DNA from: Vicugna vicugna
Taxonomy: Eukaryota
Length of the DNA stretch: 20,000 nucleotides
Assembly: GCA_013265495.1 (NCBI GenBank)
Contig: PNXW01000517.1
Coordinates: 61,711 to 81,710 of the forward strand
Direction: 5' to 3'
In this document: positions 1 through 10,968 of the stretch, piece after piece
Position numbering within the stretch: position 1 is the stretch's first letter
Layout of the letters: every line of letters begins with the position of its first letter
Program-made: the position numbers and the translations under genes
The notes under the pieces: generated by a model
What the model was told of the DNA's origin: nothing
Database searches by the model: none
Seen by the model: the letters and a program-made list of their open reading frames with translations, nothing else

Positions 1-56
1 ACATTTTTATATCCTAAACTCTCCTTAGTTTTGATCAAACTATTCTCAAAGAAATG

Positions 57-277
57 TTCTTTTTAAATTTAATTTATTTTTTATTGAAGTATAGTCAGTT
101 TATGATGTTGAGAATGTGTCAGTTTCTGGTATACAGCATAATATTTCAGTCATACATACACATACAAATATTTGTTTTCATATTCTTTTTCATTATAGGT
201 TACTACAAGATACTGAATTTAGTTCCCCATGCTGTACAGAAGAAACTTGTTGTTTAGCTATTTTATATATAGTAGTC
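57..277 (-). mobile_element. L1 (LINE-1) 3'-terminal fragment, camelid-type
   Basis: T-rich tail, then TTTATTGAAGTATAGTCAGTTTA...TTCTGGTATACAGCATAAT...TTATAGGTTACTACAAGATACTGAA, the reverse complement of a recalled cetartiodactyl L1 3' UTR end. It is homologous to the opposite-strand copy at 394-583. Confidence 0.85.
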
Positions 278-393
278 AGATTCTGTAAAACAAATGTTGA
301 TTACAGAATAAGGCAGGTGTGTTTAGTGTGAATTTATCGAACAAGCCTTCATAAATTAGATTTGCTGGATGTGTTATAAGAAATTTCAGATTA

Positions 394-583
394 ATAGCAC
401 AGGGAAATATATTCAATATCCTGTAGTTGCTTACAGTGAAAAAGAATATGAAAATGAATATATATATACATATATATATATATCCATGTATGACATTGTG
501 CTGTACACCAGAAATTGACATGACATTGTAAACTGACTATACCTCAATAAAAAAATAAAATAAATTTTAAAAATTAAAAAAAA
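394..583 (+). mobile_element. 5'-truncated L1 3' end with A-rich tail and 16-bp TSD
   Basis: ATAGCACAGGGAAATATATTCAATATC...GTAAACTGACTATACCTCAATAAA followed by an A-rich tail. Flanked by AAGAAATTTCAGATTA (378-393) and AAGAAATCTCAGATTA (584-599), 1 mismatch. Confidence 0.9.
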
Positions 584-800
584 AAGAAATCTCAGATTAG
601 ACTTTTAAAAGCCTCTAAAACACAAAGACACGCTCTACTAAGTTTCACAGAAATTTGGATCTCTTCCTCTCTTCTCAAGATTTCTGAAGTAAACTAAAAT
701 GCTGGACCTTCCCCAAATTGACTTTCCTTACTCATCACACGTAGCACTGGGAAACCAGTAAACCAGGTTATCAGGTCAATTTTACCAAGAGGTTTTTGAA
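584..800 (-). mobile_element. Possible ERV1 (MER4-group) internal non-coding fragment
   Basis: Resembles recalled MER4-group internal sequence (CAGATTAGACTTTTAAAAGCCTC; AAACCAGTAAACCAGGT). No coding motif seen. Confidence 0.3.
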
Positions 801-1454
801 TGAATTAGCTACAAGAAGTTAATTGTAGTTTTAAAAAATTGACATCAATCTAAATGTTTATAATAAGATTTATATTCCATTGCCATCAAGTATCCAGAAC
901 TTAAAGCATGGTAAAATGGCTTTCATAGAATCAGAATCAAATAGCCAGAAAAGTGTCCTCTGACGTCTAGACAGCCGTGGTTCTCCACGGTACCCTTACA
1001 AGGAAACCTACATGAAATTCTACAACCCTTCACGTTTTTCCACGTTAGTTTCTACTCAAGAAGAGACAAAGGATACATAATGGCTTATTTTATTTTACTG
1101 ACTTAAGAATTTGAATAATAGTATTTATTACTCAAGTAATGTGTATTTTCAAGTTTTGAAGATATATAGTCTGAGAACAATCATTCTTTTATACTTTTTT
1201 ACACTTTTTATACTTTGAACAGTATAAAAGTTCTACAATACACAGAGGATATTCATCTGTGTGTATGTTTGTTTCTTTCTAATTCATATTATTCAGTAAA
1301 GTTCTACAGTGGTGTATCAGCATTATTAAGTGAACAGGTATAAATAGCTAGACATATTTCCCAAGACAGGAAGTGGTTATAAGAGTATGTCCTTGAAATT
1401 TTGTTTTGTGATGGCATTGTGTTTATTCTGCTTCATTTCACAATTACACTAGAG

Positions 1455-1665
1455 AGATTTTAGGTTTAAAACTAGATACGATTCTACCTTAACTACTTAC
1501 AAGAAATGTAAGCTTAGACTAATGAAGGCAACTATCTGAACCTGTGTTTGTTATGCAGAACACGTACAAATAAACATGGGCTATTACAAGCAATCTGCAA
1601 GATAAAACATAAAAGCAGTACAAAGCCTGGGTGTAAAATATCCTTGAGTAGCTGCAAAGTTTAGC
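1455..1665 (+). mobile_element. Highly decayed MIR-like SINE
   Basis: Motif order loosely follows the MIR consensus (ACTACTTAC...CTATCTGAACCTGTGTTTG...AAAGCAGTACAAAGCCTGG). Confidence 0.35.
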
Positions 1666-2004
1666 ATCTTTATCAATATCGTTGTCATAACCATCAATTC
1701 ACCTCATTCGTCATCAGCTGCAATAGCATGATTACATAGTTTTCAACTGCTCCTGTTTGTTACACCCATTTAATTCTCAGAAAACTTCTGCAAGGTTGTT
1801 TATTGAAATATTTTTATTCTTTCACTGGAGATTTATTGATGTGTATAAGAAGTAAAAAGGAAATAAATAAAATGAAAAGTTAAAGGCATGAGATCTTTCA
1901 ATATGACATAGTTCGTGCTTAACAGCAAAAAAAAAATGGATCACTATAACAAAATGCATGGTTGGTTAGTTTCTTGGAATACTTCTAAAAATTATCCTTC
2001 AGAC

Positions 2005-2084
2005 TATATATATATATAGTTTTATATATATATATGTATATATATATATACACACACACACATATAGTTGAGCTCTATATATAT
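2005..2084. repeat. Compound (TA)n/(CA)n microsatellite
   Basis: Directly visible TA and CA dinucleotide runs. Confidence 0.9.
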
Positions 2085-3356
2085 AAAATACACATGTGGA
2101 TACAATGAATCCTCCTTTATTTAATGAATATTGTTTCCCTTTCAATTTCTTTCTTTTTCTAAATACATATCTTGTTTCAATTATGGCCAAATAAATTATT
2201 CTCATATTTGAAGTACAATTTGAGCTCATAGAAATCACAGAAATGTTTATTCTATGATTTGTCATAGAACATCACAATTATTTTGAATTATATTTCAGCA
2301 TATAGGCCCGTGAACTATTCCCCATAAATCCAGAACAGTAGTTCACAGACAATATCAGCAGATGCCTTTATTAGTTTTACGATATTGTATTATTATTTCA
2401 CAGTCATTCACCATCAGTTCAATCGTCAGAATTGTAAAATGACAAGTTTTAAGTTTAAAGAGAATTTTCTGTCAAAAAAATACATTAATGTTTGATTAGC
2501 CCCTCTACTTTTTATTTTTAAGGCTATGTATTTTAATATAAATTATTAATATATCTGGTTAAACCAATTTCAATCAAATAATTTCTTTTTGGAGTTTCCT
2601 GGGTAATGAGTTGTCTGGCTATATTCCTTGCTTATTATGAACTGAAGTACTTAATTCTGAATTAAGGTCTTTTAAGCAGTTGCTGAAGAGTTTCTACTCT
2701 TCTGTGATAAATAAAAATAAAAATACCATTAGGATTAGTACCTTGTATTATATCCGTACTTTCACAAACTCACTGACAAGCAATCCAACCTTCACTGCAT
2801 AAACAGAGTTTTTTCTGAGTAAACTTCTTTGAAAAACTTCTACACAAATATACACATTAATCCTTTATCTCTACAGTCAATCTGCTAAACACATCCTTGA
2901 AAATGCAGAATCCAACAGTGGTTTGATTCTCGGCCTTTGTTACATGAAGATTCCATTTTTTAAAGTATTTTCATTCACTTAAGAATGTCCTCTGAGACTT
3001 GGACAACATAGGTCAAGAATGGCTATCAGCCAAGTTTGGGGAAGGAGCTGTGATAACATCTAGAGACTTTTTCACAGGTATGTTAAGGGTCAATTTAGTG
3101 GGGGAAAGAAACAAATTACATACTCAGATTCTTCAATATTATTATGTCCCTAAACTTTTTAAATCATGTATTTCAGATATTGTTGCTCAGTAAGTGCAAA
3201 GTAATGATATGTCTGCACTTATTAATTTATTATCCAGTTTTGATTATATTGGCCAAAAATTAAACAAATCAAATGGGATGTGCTTAATTTAATAAAGACA
3301 TATAAAGAGAAATTCTTAAAATATCACACATATGGGAGTTATCTTTAATTTAAGAG

Positions 3357-3893
3357 CCATGAATGGGAATTACATTTAGGGCATGTAGAGCATTGGTCAT
3401 AAACCCTGTGAGCTATATGGGAGGTTTCCACATACACTGTTTCCCCTATAATGTCATCTTTTCAGGTGTCCAATGGGTCAGGGAACGTACACGATGGAAT
3501 AAAGGTAAGTGGGCATGTACAATTACTATAGGCCTCTTACTATAGGTCTGAACTGTCTTGTGGCATAGGATTTTAAAAATCCCGCTTTTTTCCTGCAGGC
3601 TTGCTTTTTTATTTTTTGAAGCCAGTTCTTGAGCCTGCAAAAGAAATTTCTTAACAGCTTTGTCAGAGGTATGTTTGAACTGAGGACATTCTGGAAGTTG
3701 GGCAGGGGCATGGCTTAAGGGAGATTGTGGCAGTGCAGCCTCGGACAGTTAATCTCCTTCGGGTTCTGTTGAATCAGATTTGAAATGCCTCGTCTACAAG
3801 GGCTTGAGAAGTTTCTCCTCCAATTGTTCTTTCAATTTCCCTTAAGGTATTTGTGAGAGGTGGGGAAATACCCTCCTAGTCCTCAGGACAGCC
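3357..3893 (-). pseudogene. pol: ERV1 pro/pol remnant: protease start fused to RNase H end and integrase zinc finger
   Basis: After the gag TAG the minus strand reads GCPED*EGISPPLTNTLREIERTIGGETSQALVD (protease start, broken at ~3791). It continues with RNase H-end-like sequence and then HRVRSLTHWTPEKMTL*GKQYVWKP..HRVYDQCSTCPK (integrase HHCC-like). Multiple stops and frameshifts. Confidence 0.75.
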
Positions 3894-5207
3894 CTATTCC
3901 TTTTGAATTTTGCCTGGTTTTAAATCTTGCTTGAATTTGTGACAATCTCTTTTAAAATGTCCGGATGCCTTGCAATAAAATCCGACGCAGTCATTTTAAA
4001 TTTAGCTGGAATTTGAGCAGGTTAGTTTTGGAGGGTCGCTAAACGGCTGCGCATGCATTGGCTTGGTGATTCTTTCTTTCTCTCATTCCTGTAAAGTTTT
4101 AGGGAGTTTGTCAGCAACAGTGAAAAGGGCATTAGTATGCATAGTAGCCCAGTCAAGTTCATGTCTTTCAAATAGCCATGCCAATTCTTCGTCTAATCCT
4201 TTTTGGAAAAAAACAGGAACTTATACTGGATCTTTCTGGTGGTTCAAAAAACTCTCTAGATCCCTGCCAGAGTGTTGTTTGAATGTCTTTTCAAATCTTT
4301 CAAAATAATAGAAAATATTCTATCCTGGCCTCTGTTTGCATTGATGGCCCAATCTTCTTTTGTGGGAAGATTTTTGGAATAGACTAATTAAGTTGTGGGC
4401 AACTTCTCTACATTTCTGGCAACCTATAGCCTCATGTTTATAAAAATCCTCTGTAGGTGTCTTCCAATGTATCTCTTGAAGGCGTTCTTTTGCTTGATTT
4501 CAGAGACTATTAAATGTATGGTGTGGTATAAGTCTGAATACCCAGGCTCTTAAGTTCTTACTGTAAGATCAAATTCTTAAGTAAAACTCATAGGAACTTG
4601 TAAGGGATTTGTAAAATCCTTAGTTACATTTCTAAGTTTTGTCCTCATACCAGGGGTGTAGGTAAGAACGGGTTCCTGGAGCTGCTCTTAACTTGGAGTT
4701 GTTTTTATATTCTACCTTGGACTTGATAGTTTTTCCCCCCTGGTATCGGTGCAGGGGAAGTAGAAAGGTCAGGGCAGGCTCAGAAAGGAGAGGATATAAA
4801 GCAGCCAGAAAAAGAGGTGAAGGAGGAAGAGCGGGGAAAGAGAAAAAAATGGCTTCTGAAGGTTTCCTAATTTAGTTAGCATTTCCAATAATTTTCAGTT
4901 TGTTTCGTGTAATGAAGCCATTTTATTATCATCCTGTTTTGAACCTTTTGGGTATCAATTAAAATATGCCTTCCCATGCTGGTTGTTCGATTTTATAGCT
5001 GACTTTTTCTAATGGGGTGCACAAATAGATCAATTTAAGTAAGTCAAAAGTCTCCCATTTTGAGCATCTTGGGGGTAAATTATCTTTGGTCAGTTTTTCC
5101 CATTTACTTAAATACTTGCAAGTGTTTGTCTGTACGTGTTATACATAAACCCAGCTGGTGTTCTCACAGGTGGCTGTCTCTTTGTCCTTTGAGGCATCGT
5201 TTCCCTT
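3894..5207 (-). pseudogene. gag: ERV1 (gamma-like, MER4/MER41 group) gag, decayed
   Basis: Minus-strand translation gives (K for M)GNDASK...TPAGFMYNTY...KLTKDNLPPRCSKWETFDLLKLIYL (MA), RTKLRNVTKDFTNPLQVPMSFT*EFDLTVRT*EPGYSDLY (CA) and GFYCKASGHFKRDCHKF (degenerate zinc knuckle, ~3935-3983). It ends in TAG-GGC at 3896-3894, a gammaretrovirus-type readthrough junction. Confidence 0.85.
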
Positions 5208-5942
5208 TATTAATTTGGTAGCTTAATTCAGATAAGATCTGAACAACTTTCTAAAGACAATGTGATGGACTGGGTGTGTGCTGCCTCTGAGTCAGCTCCC
5301 CAAGAAGTTACCCGTAGGTCGGTTCAGCTCTCTTATGTGTCTCAGTTTCTCCCTTTAACAGTCTAAAACTGCCTTTGAGTGCTCAGGTCATTAGGGGATC
5401 AGCTTTATTGTAAAGTGAGCAGCTATTACTTAATGGTTGTGGTGGGACCCTCTGTGGAATCCCCGCACATCATGAGACTTGATCCTCAGACACTTTGCTA
5501 GGTTCACAGTCACCTGGGAACTCCTTGTGGCTGGAAGGAGCAGAAGTCCTCTTTCTTCAGAGCTGAGCAATATCAGTATCTCATTTAATTAAGAAGTAGT
5601 TTGTTCAGACCATATATCAACTTGTTTTTCAATTTGAGCAAAATTTATCAGCCATTAGCCACCTGTGTTTCCCTAGGATTCCTGGCTAGATCCCTCTAGG
5701 TCTCCGCATAAGAAAATGCACCAGTGCCCCTCAAGACTCTGAGTCCTAAACAAAAACAGCTGGAATAAAATTAAAGACATCATTTAAAGTAATGATGTCC
5801 AGATATTCAGGAGAACTTGCTAAAGCACCTGAGGAGAACAGAGAAGCCAGTGGAGCTCAAAGGGTCCATGCTGATTCCATGCACTCATTCGATGTATCTT
5901 CTGGTGGGTGTCTCTGATGCCTTGCTGACTTCACTAAGAAAA
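5208..5942 (-). mobile_element. ERV1 5' leader between LTR and gag
   Basis: Lies between the LTR end (5943) and the gag start. The expected PBS position holds only a degenerate TTAGTGAAGTCAGCAAGG. Confidence 0.7.
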
Positions 5943-6427
5943 TGTTGAGGGAAACTCAAAATAATAGTCAAGGTAAGGAGAAAGAAAAGAGCATTTTATT
6001 CAAGCCAAATTGAGGATTATAACCTGAAACAGATACTTAGAAGCTCTGATCAAAAGTTAAAAATGTTTTGAGACAAAAAAATTAGGTATCATATTGACAA
6101 GTTAGTACTGTACATAAATTTTATCAGACGTTGGTCAGTTATGCTTGTACAGAGTGAATCTTTTGTCATTGCGATCCTGTGTATGGAATAAAAAATAAAT
6201 ATTAATCCTAACATTATAAGCCTGGTATCCAAAGAAAAGCACCATTTTTCTCAAAGGTTGATTATATCCTCCTGCTTTGAGGCGGTCTGGTTAATGTAAG
6301 CTGCAGATGCCTGCACATTGCTTTTTGGGAAATGCTTACTACAAAAGGGGGCACATTATTATTATTTTTTCTTTCTGTCTTAGTTTGATTGTTCGGCCAT
6401 AGAAAAATTCATCATTTTTCCTCATCA
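5943..6427 (-). mobile_element. ERV1 5' LTR, MER41-like
   Basis: Minus strand begins TGATGAGGAAAA and ends TTTCCCTCAACA (TG...CA, imperfect inverted termini). AATAAA at 6000-5995. TTTTATTCAAGCCAAATTGAGGATTATAACC resembles recalled MER41-family LTRs. Lies directly upstream of the leader and gag. Confidence 0.8.
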
Positions 6428-7004
6428 GGCTTGCCTAAGAAAAGAAGGGTGAGTATCCTGAACTGTTTGTTATTTTTAAAATTTTTTAAATTTATGTGTT
6501 CAACTAGTTGAATTATTCATAAAATCATGTAGCTCTTATTAAGAATTGCATTTATTTATTTTGAAAAAAAAGCCCCATTCAGCATGCAAAAAATGCAAAA
6601 TATAGGTAATAAATATTTTCTTAAAATTTTTTGGGAAATATCCATGAAATCATAAAAGAAAACATTCCCATACTAAGTTAATAAATGATGGATGTGTTTC
6701 TAGCCTTTATAAATTGATATGGATGTGGTGAGATATGTTTTGTTAATAAATCAAAATCAACATGAAAAATATTGTCTTCCTCCACGAATTATTATCTAAA
6801 CTATATGTAGTCCCACTCAAAATCTCACATTTTTGGTGGGACACTTTGCAAGCGAATTTTAATATTTAAGTGGAAATGCAATATAGTCAAATAATAACCA
6901 AGACACTCTTTGAGATGTAAATATTTTGAAGGTGGCACAAATACTAAATAAAGAATATCTGGCCATATAATGAAGAAGCCCCTGATGGAAAACAGTTAAT
7001 GGTC

Positions 7005-7088
7005 TATATGTATATCAAATTATCATGGTGTAGCTATTAAATATATACACATTTTATTTGTCAAATATACCTCAATAAAGCTGGAGGG
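7005..7088 (+). mobile_element. Old L1M(A)-type 3' terminus
   Basis: ATCAAATTATCATGGTGTA...TTTTATTTGTCAAATATACCTCAATAAAGCTGG, typical of L1MA 3' ends. Confidence 0.7.
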
Positions 7089-7109
7089 AAGAGACTTACA
7101 TAAGCATGT

Positions 7110-7605
7110 TTAACAATTTAGAATATTTGCTTCTGTGCCACTTCCATCAGAAATTCTTCCAGATAGTCTCCAAAAACATGTTTAAAAACATTTGTAGCAA
7201 CACCATTTGTAATAGTTAAACCCTACGATATTCACATGAGCCCATTAACAAAAATAAGTATGTTGCGGGTAACTACCAAGCAGAGTATTCAGTAGCAATG
7301 TAAATTACTAATCTACAAATGCACAAATAAATATTAACAGACAGAATGTGAAGGAAAAGAAGCCAGACACAAAAATTCACATGATCTATATGTAAAAAAA
7401 CCTAAAAGACCAAACAAATCTGTGCTATCAGAAGTCGTAAAACAGACTACTTTCAAGGTTATAGAGAATGAAAGGGGTTTTAGAGAATGACAGTTGTGAC
7501 TTGAAAGTATTATTCATCATACCCACTCCACAATTAAACTGCCAGTTGCAATCATTTCAATTTGTAAGAATCTATCATGTTGCTATATCATATTTCAATA
7601 ATTTT
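7110..7605 (+). mobile_element. Ancient L1M(C/E)-type 3' region
   Basis: TTTGTAGCAACACCATTTGTAATAG...GAAAAGAAGCCAGACACAAAA...AATCTGTGCTATCAGAAGTC...TATATCATATTTCAATAA, motifs of old L1 3' UTRs. Confidence 0.65.
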
Positions 7606-8197
7606 CTAGGGAAAAAATGTTAATGATTTGTGGAGTGATAGTAATAAAGGTTTCTACAATATAGTCATGTTTTATTAGTAGAAATATTGGTATGTATGGC
7701 AACAGAGAGGAAGAATATAGTTTCTTTATGTTAAAGACACCTGATTCGGACTTGAGAACAGGGAGAAATGTGAATTAACCCATCTAAGAAACTTTTGTGA
7801 GGATAGTGGGTCATATATTGAAGAAACAGGAAACTGTATACCTGACACAACTGTGAATTACCACAATTTGTTTAGACAGCTGCCTTCAACTCAGCATGAC
7901 GAGAACATAAAGTTTTAGGTAGGAAGTTTGTTGTATAATCTTGCAGGCATAGGCATGCAGCAGCTAAAAGATGACTATATGCCATGTTAATGAAAGTAAC
8001 ACCATCAATGTGTATTTTAGTTAGGTAATTCCAAGCTAGTCTAGATTTAAAGAAATAGACAAGAGAAACAGAGGCTTGTTTGGGGAGACGATAGTCATAG
8101 TAACACAGTCATCTCCAGATTTTCCTAGATTGTGAGAATAAATGGGAATTACAGTTGAGATCTTCCTCCAAAAACCCCACTATTTAGAAACTTTGAA

Positions 8198-8741
8198 TGA
8201 TGCAGTGAGGTGGGAAGCCCCATGAAAAAGACGGCAGAACCCCCAGGCAGGGTCACTACTCTCCTGCCAGCACCATTGGTTTCCCTGGCCCTGTGGCATT
8301 ATTTAACTTTTTAAACTCTGAAATGGCTTACTTCTATGAAAGAGGAACTTACCCCTAAAATTCTATTGGTTCCCTGAGCTAACTTTTGATTGGTCCATTT
8401 GTAGTGCTTCATTTGCATGGAGCTCACTCCTGATTGGTCCATTTTTACAAAGCTTGTTCCTAATTAGTCACCATTGTTATACCTTATTTACATATGATGT
8501 TACAAAATGTTGCAAAGTCTAGACTGGTAGCCTATGAAAGGCCATGTAAACCTACAGACAGGGTCCAGAGCTTGAAGTGTTAACTCCTCTGGGCCCGCTG
8601 GCATAATAAACCTGAGTTCTCCAATCCTCCGAGTGCTGCTTGGTCTCTTGCCCAGATCCAGGTTGCTGTCACAACTGAGCTGTAACACCGAGCTGTAACA
8701 TTGAGTTGTAATGCTGAGCTGTAATACACTTTTCTGCAACA
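8198..8741 (+). mobile_element. Solo ERV1 LTR
   Basis: Termini TGATGCAG...CTGCAACA (TG..CA, inverted repeat). Four ATTGG boxes, octamer ATTTGCAT (8411-8418), TATA-like TATGAAA (8533-8539), AATAAA (8605-8610) and U5 GAGCTGTAACA repeats. No flanking internal sequence; TSD not clear. Confidence 0.85.
8674..8725 (+). repeat. 13-bp tandem repeat x4 (ACTGAGCTGTAAC) in LTR U5
   Basis: ACTGAGCTGTAAC ACCGAGCTGTAAC ATTGAGTTGTAAT GCTGAGCTGTAAT. Confidence 0.9.
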
Positions 8742-8897
8742 GCAAGACTTTTGAGATGTCAAAGAGAGTGAAATATTTTCCTGTATTTTTGCCACCAGAG
8801 TATGTACATTACTTTCTACACAGCTCTGGGTCACATTAGATGCCTAGGCCCTGGAGACATAATGCATATCCACTAATTTCATTAACTTTGTGACAGG

Positions 8898-8947
8898 CTC
8901 TCTCTCTCTCTTTTTCTTTCTTTCTAAATATCTATCTATCTATCTAC

Positions 8948-8978
<31 letters not shown>
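8898..8978. repeat. (CT)n/(CTTT)n plus (TATC)n microsatellite
   Basis: Directly visible; about 12 TATC units at 8929-8978 with one interruption. Confidence 0.9.
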
Positions 8979-9367
8979 CTTCCTTTCACTGTGTTTTTCA
9001 AAATAGGATTATAGGAAGTCTTCGTGAACTAATCAAGGCAGAAAGACCAAATCATTTCTACTTTTTCTACCTCTCATGGCTATGTCCTCACTGTACCTAA
9101 AATAATCTTTTCACATATCCCTATATCTCACTTGTAATGGTCCATGTATACAGATAAATGAGGGGACACAGAACACCTGGTTAAGCAGAAAGTCTAGAGC
9201 ACATTTATCATTATTTGTTTAACTGAACTCTCTTTTGCCGTGTCTTGGAGATCAACCATTTCAGTATGTGTGATAAAACGCAATTGTTCATTTCTGACTT
9301 ACAGCCTGACTTACAGCTATGGCCGAGATACGTGTGTATATTATGCATTAAAATCTGTTTTTTGCAG

Positions 9368-9403
9368 TCTTGAACTTGGGAATGGGTCCCTCAGAGAACT
9401 GGG
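9368..9403 (+). other. Candidate 36-bp micro-exon
   Basis: TCTGTTTTTTGCAG|TCTTGAACTTGGGAATGGGTCCCTCAGAGAACTGGG|GTAAGT: consensus acceptor and donor, length a multiple of 3. No recognised protein. Confidence 0.3.
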
Positions 9404-10397
9404 GTAAGTATACAACCTCTAAGGAAACACAGATACAACATAAATAAATTCATGGCATTTCTGAAGGAGCCCCTAATATGGCTCTGAGTCTACAAATGTC
9501 ACCCGGAAGGGGCAAGTGTGGTATCTTCACAAGACTCATTCTCAAGCTTATATTGGACATTTCTCATGACTGCAGCCTTCAGACACAATTCATTTCTTTT
9601 TCAGGAGATTTTACACATCTTTCAATCATTTTTAGTCTTATATTGTCATTTTTAATTGGACTGATTTTTTTTCTCTTTTTTTAGATAAAAGGTCTACTGA
9701 TTGTATTAGATTTAAAGTCTCATTTTGATTTAATTGGAAAATTTTGCTAAAAATTACTCTAGTAAAGAGGGTGAAAACCTGGAGTGAGGCGGTGATTACA
9801 TGGATTGAGGAAGAGCAATATTAAAAGAATTCAAAGAAAAACTTTGAAAATTTTTTTTTGATTTTGTGATTGATTTGTTTATTGCAATAAAAGAACAAAA
9901 GTTTTATGTTAATTTGAAGTTGTCATATTCACTCTCCATTTTGTGTGAAATGTGTCTTTGTGTCCCCCTCCAAAGTATAAAGTACTTAGTAAACATTTGG
10001 TCATTGGTTTGAAGCAGCAATTGTCTTTTTCATCCTTCTAATATTTTTGTTGTCAATAATATTGTTCAAAAGTCTCCAAATTTTAGAGTAATGTAGTTAT
10101 GTGAGATGAGGTCAATCTTTCAACAGCAAGCAGTTCTTACATTTTTCCACATTATTATGGCATTGTTATTGGTTACTTGTAATGAAAATATTTCACTCAA
10201 TTTCAATTTGGAGAGAAGTAAGTTATAACCAACTGTCATTCTATAAGACAAGCTTTTAATCAGTTGGCAATCTAGTAAACACTAAAGGCTTAATTGTTAT
10301 GCATATAAAAATATCTGAATATATATCACCCTTCAAGTTTCTCCCACTATTAAAGGAACATAAGTGGGCACAGTTATTTGGAAAACACTATGAGGTG

Positions 10398-10444
10398 TAT
10401 ATATATATATACACACACACATATATGTATATGTATATGTATAT
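10398..10444. repeat. (TA)n(CA)n(TATATG)n microsatellite
   Basis: Directly visible. Confidence 0.85.
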
Positions 10445-10499
10445 AAGGGTTGGAAAAAAATCACAATGAGCCACCTAAGCAACAATTACTTGGGAAAAA

Positions 10500-10968
10500 A
10501 GACCAAATAATCAAGTTGAACCCAGAGAAAAATGTTTACTATTATTTTTATCAGCCCCTGAATATTGGTTCCAAGTTTTTTTTTTCCAATTGTATGGGCT
10601 CAGGTAACCCTGTTAGTTTCCTTTGATATGTTTAATTAGCATTTTCCTGAAAGATAGAGTCATATGCCCTGTCTTCTAATACCGAGCAGGGGGAGCATTT
10701 CCCTGTGAAACATGTCTATCTCACAATATAATTTAGGAAAGAGATGTAAACATTTTATATAAGTCCATTTAAATGTACCAATTTTTATAAGCTTGTATAC
10801 CAGTTCTCTCAACTTTAATATATTTGAACTTAGTTTCCATTAAGACCCAACCAACAAGTCTTGGTCTTACAAAGAATTTTAAAAGCTTTTCTTTCTTTTA
10901 TCCCCCAACCATTTTACTTATCTTGTAAAAAAGGCTTTGCAGTCCCCAGTGAGGGGTTGAACCAAGGG
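10500..10968 (-). mobile_element. Probable ERV1 (MER4-group) internal non-coding segment, continuing from the LTR at 13430-13825
   Basis: AT-rich sequence resembling recalled MER4-group internal regions. Lies on the far side of the interrupting L1. Confidence 0.4.

Noticed and set aside
1185..1230. Short direct repeats and hairpin (TTTTATACT...AGTATAAAA)
   Set aside because: A 9-bp AT-rich stem is expected by chance in low-complexity DNA.
8674..8725. CRISPR-like repeat array
   Set aside because: Contiguous 13-bp tandem units with no spacers, inside a mammalian LTR.
9294..9318. 12-bp tandem duplication CTGACTTACAGC x2
   Set aside because: Ordinary slippage duplication with no functional evidence.
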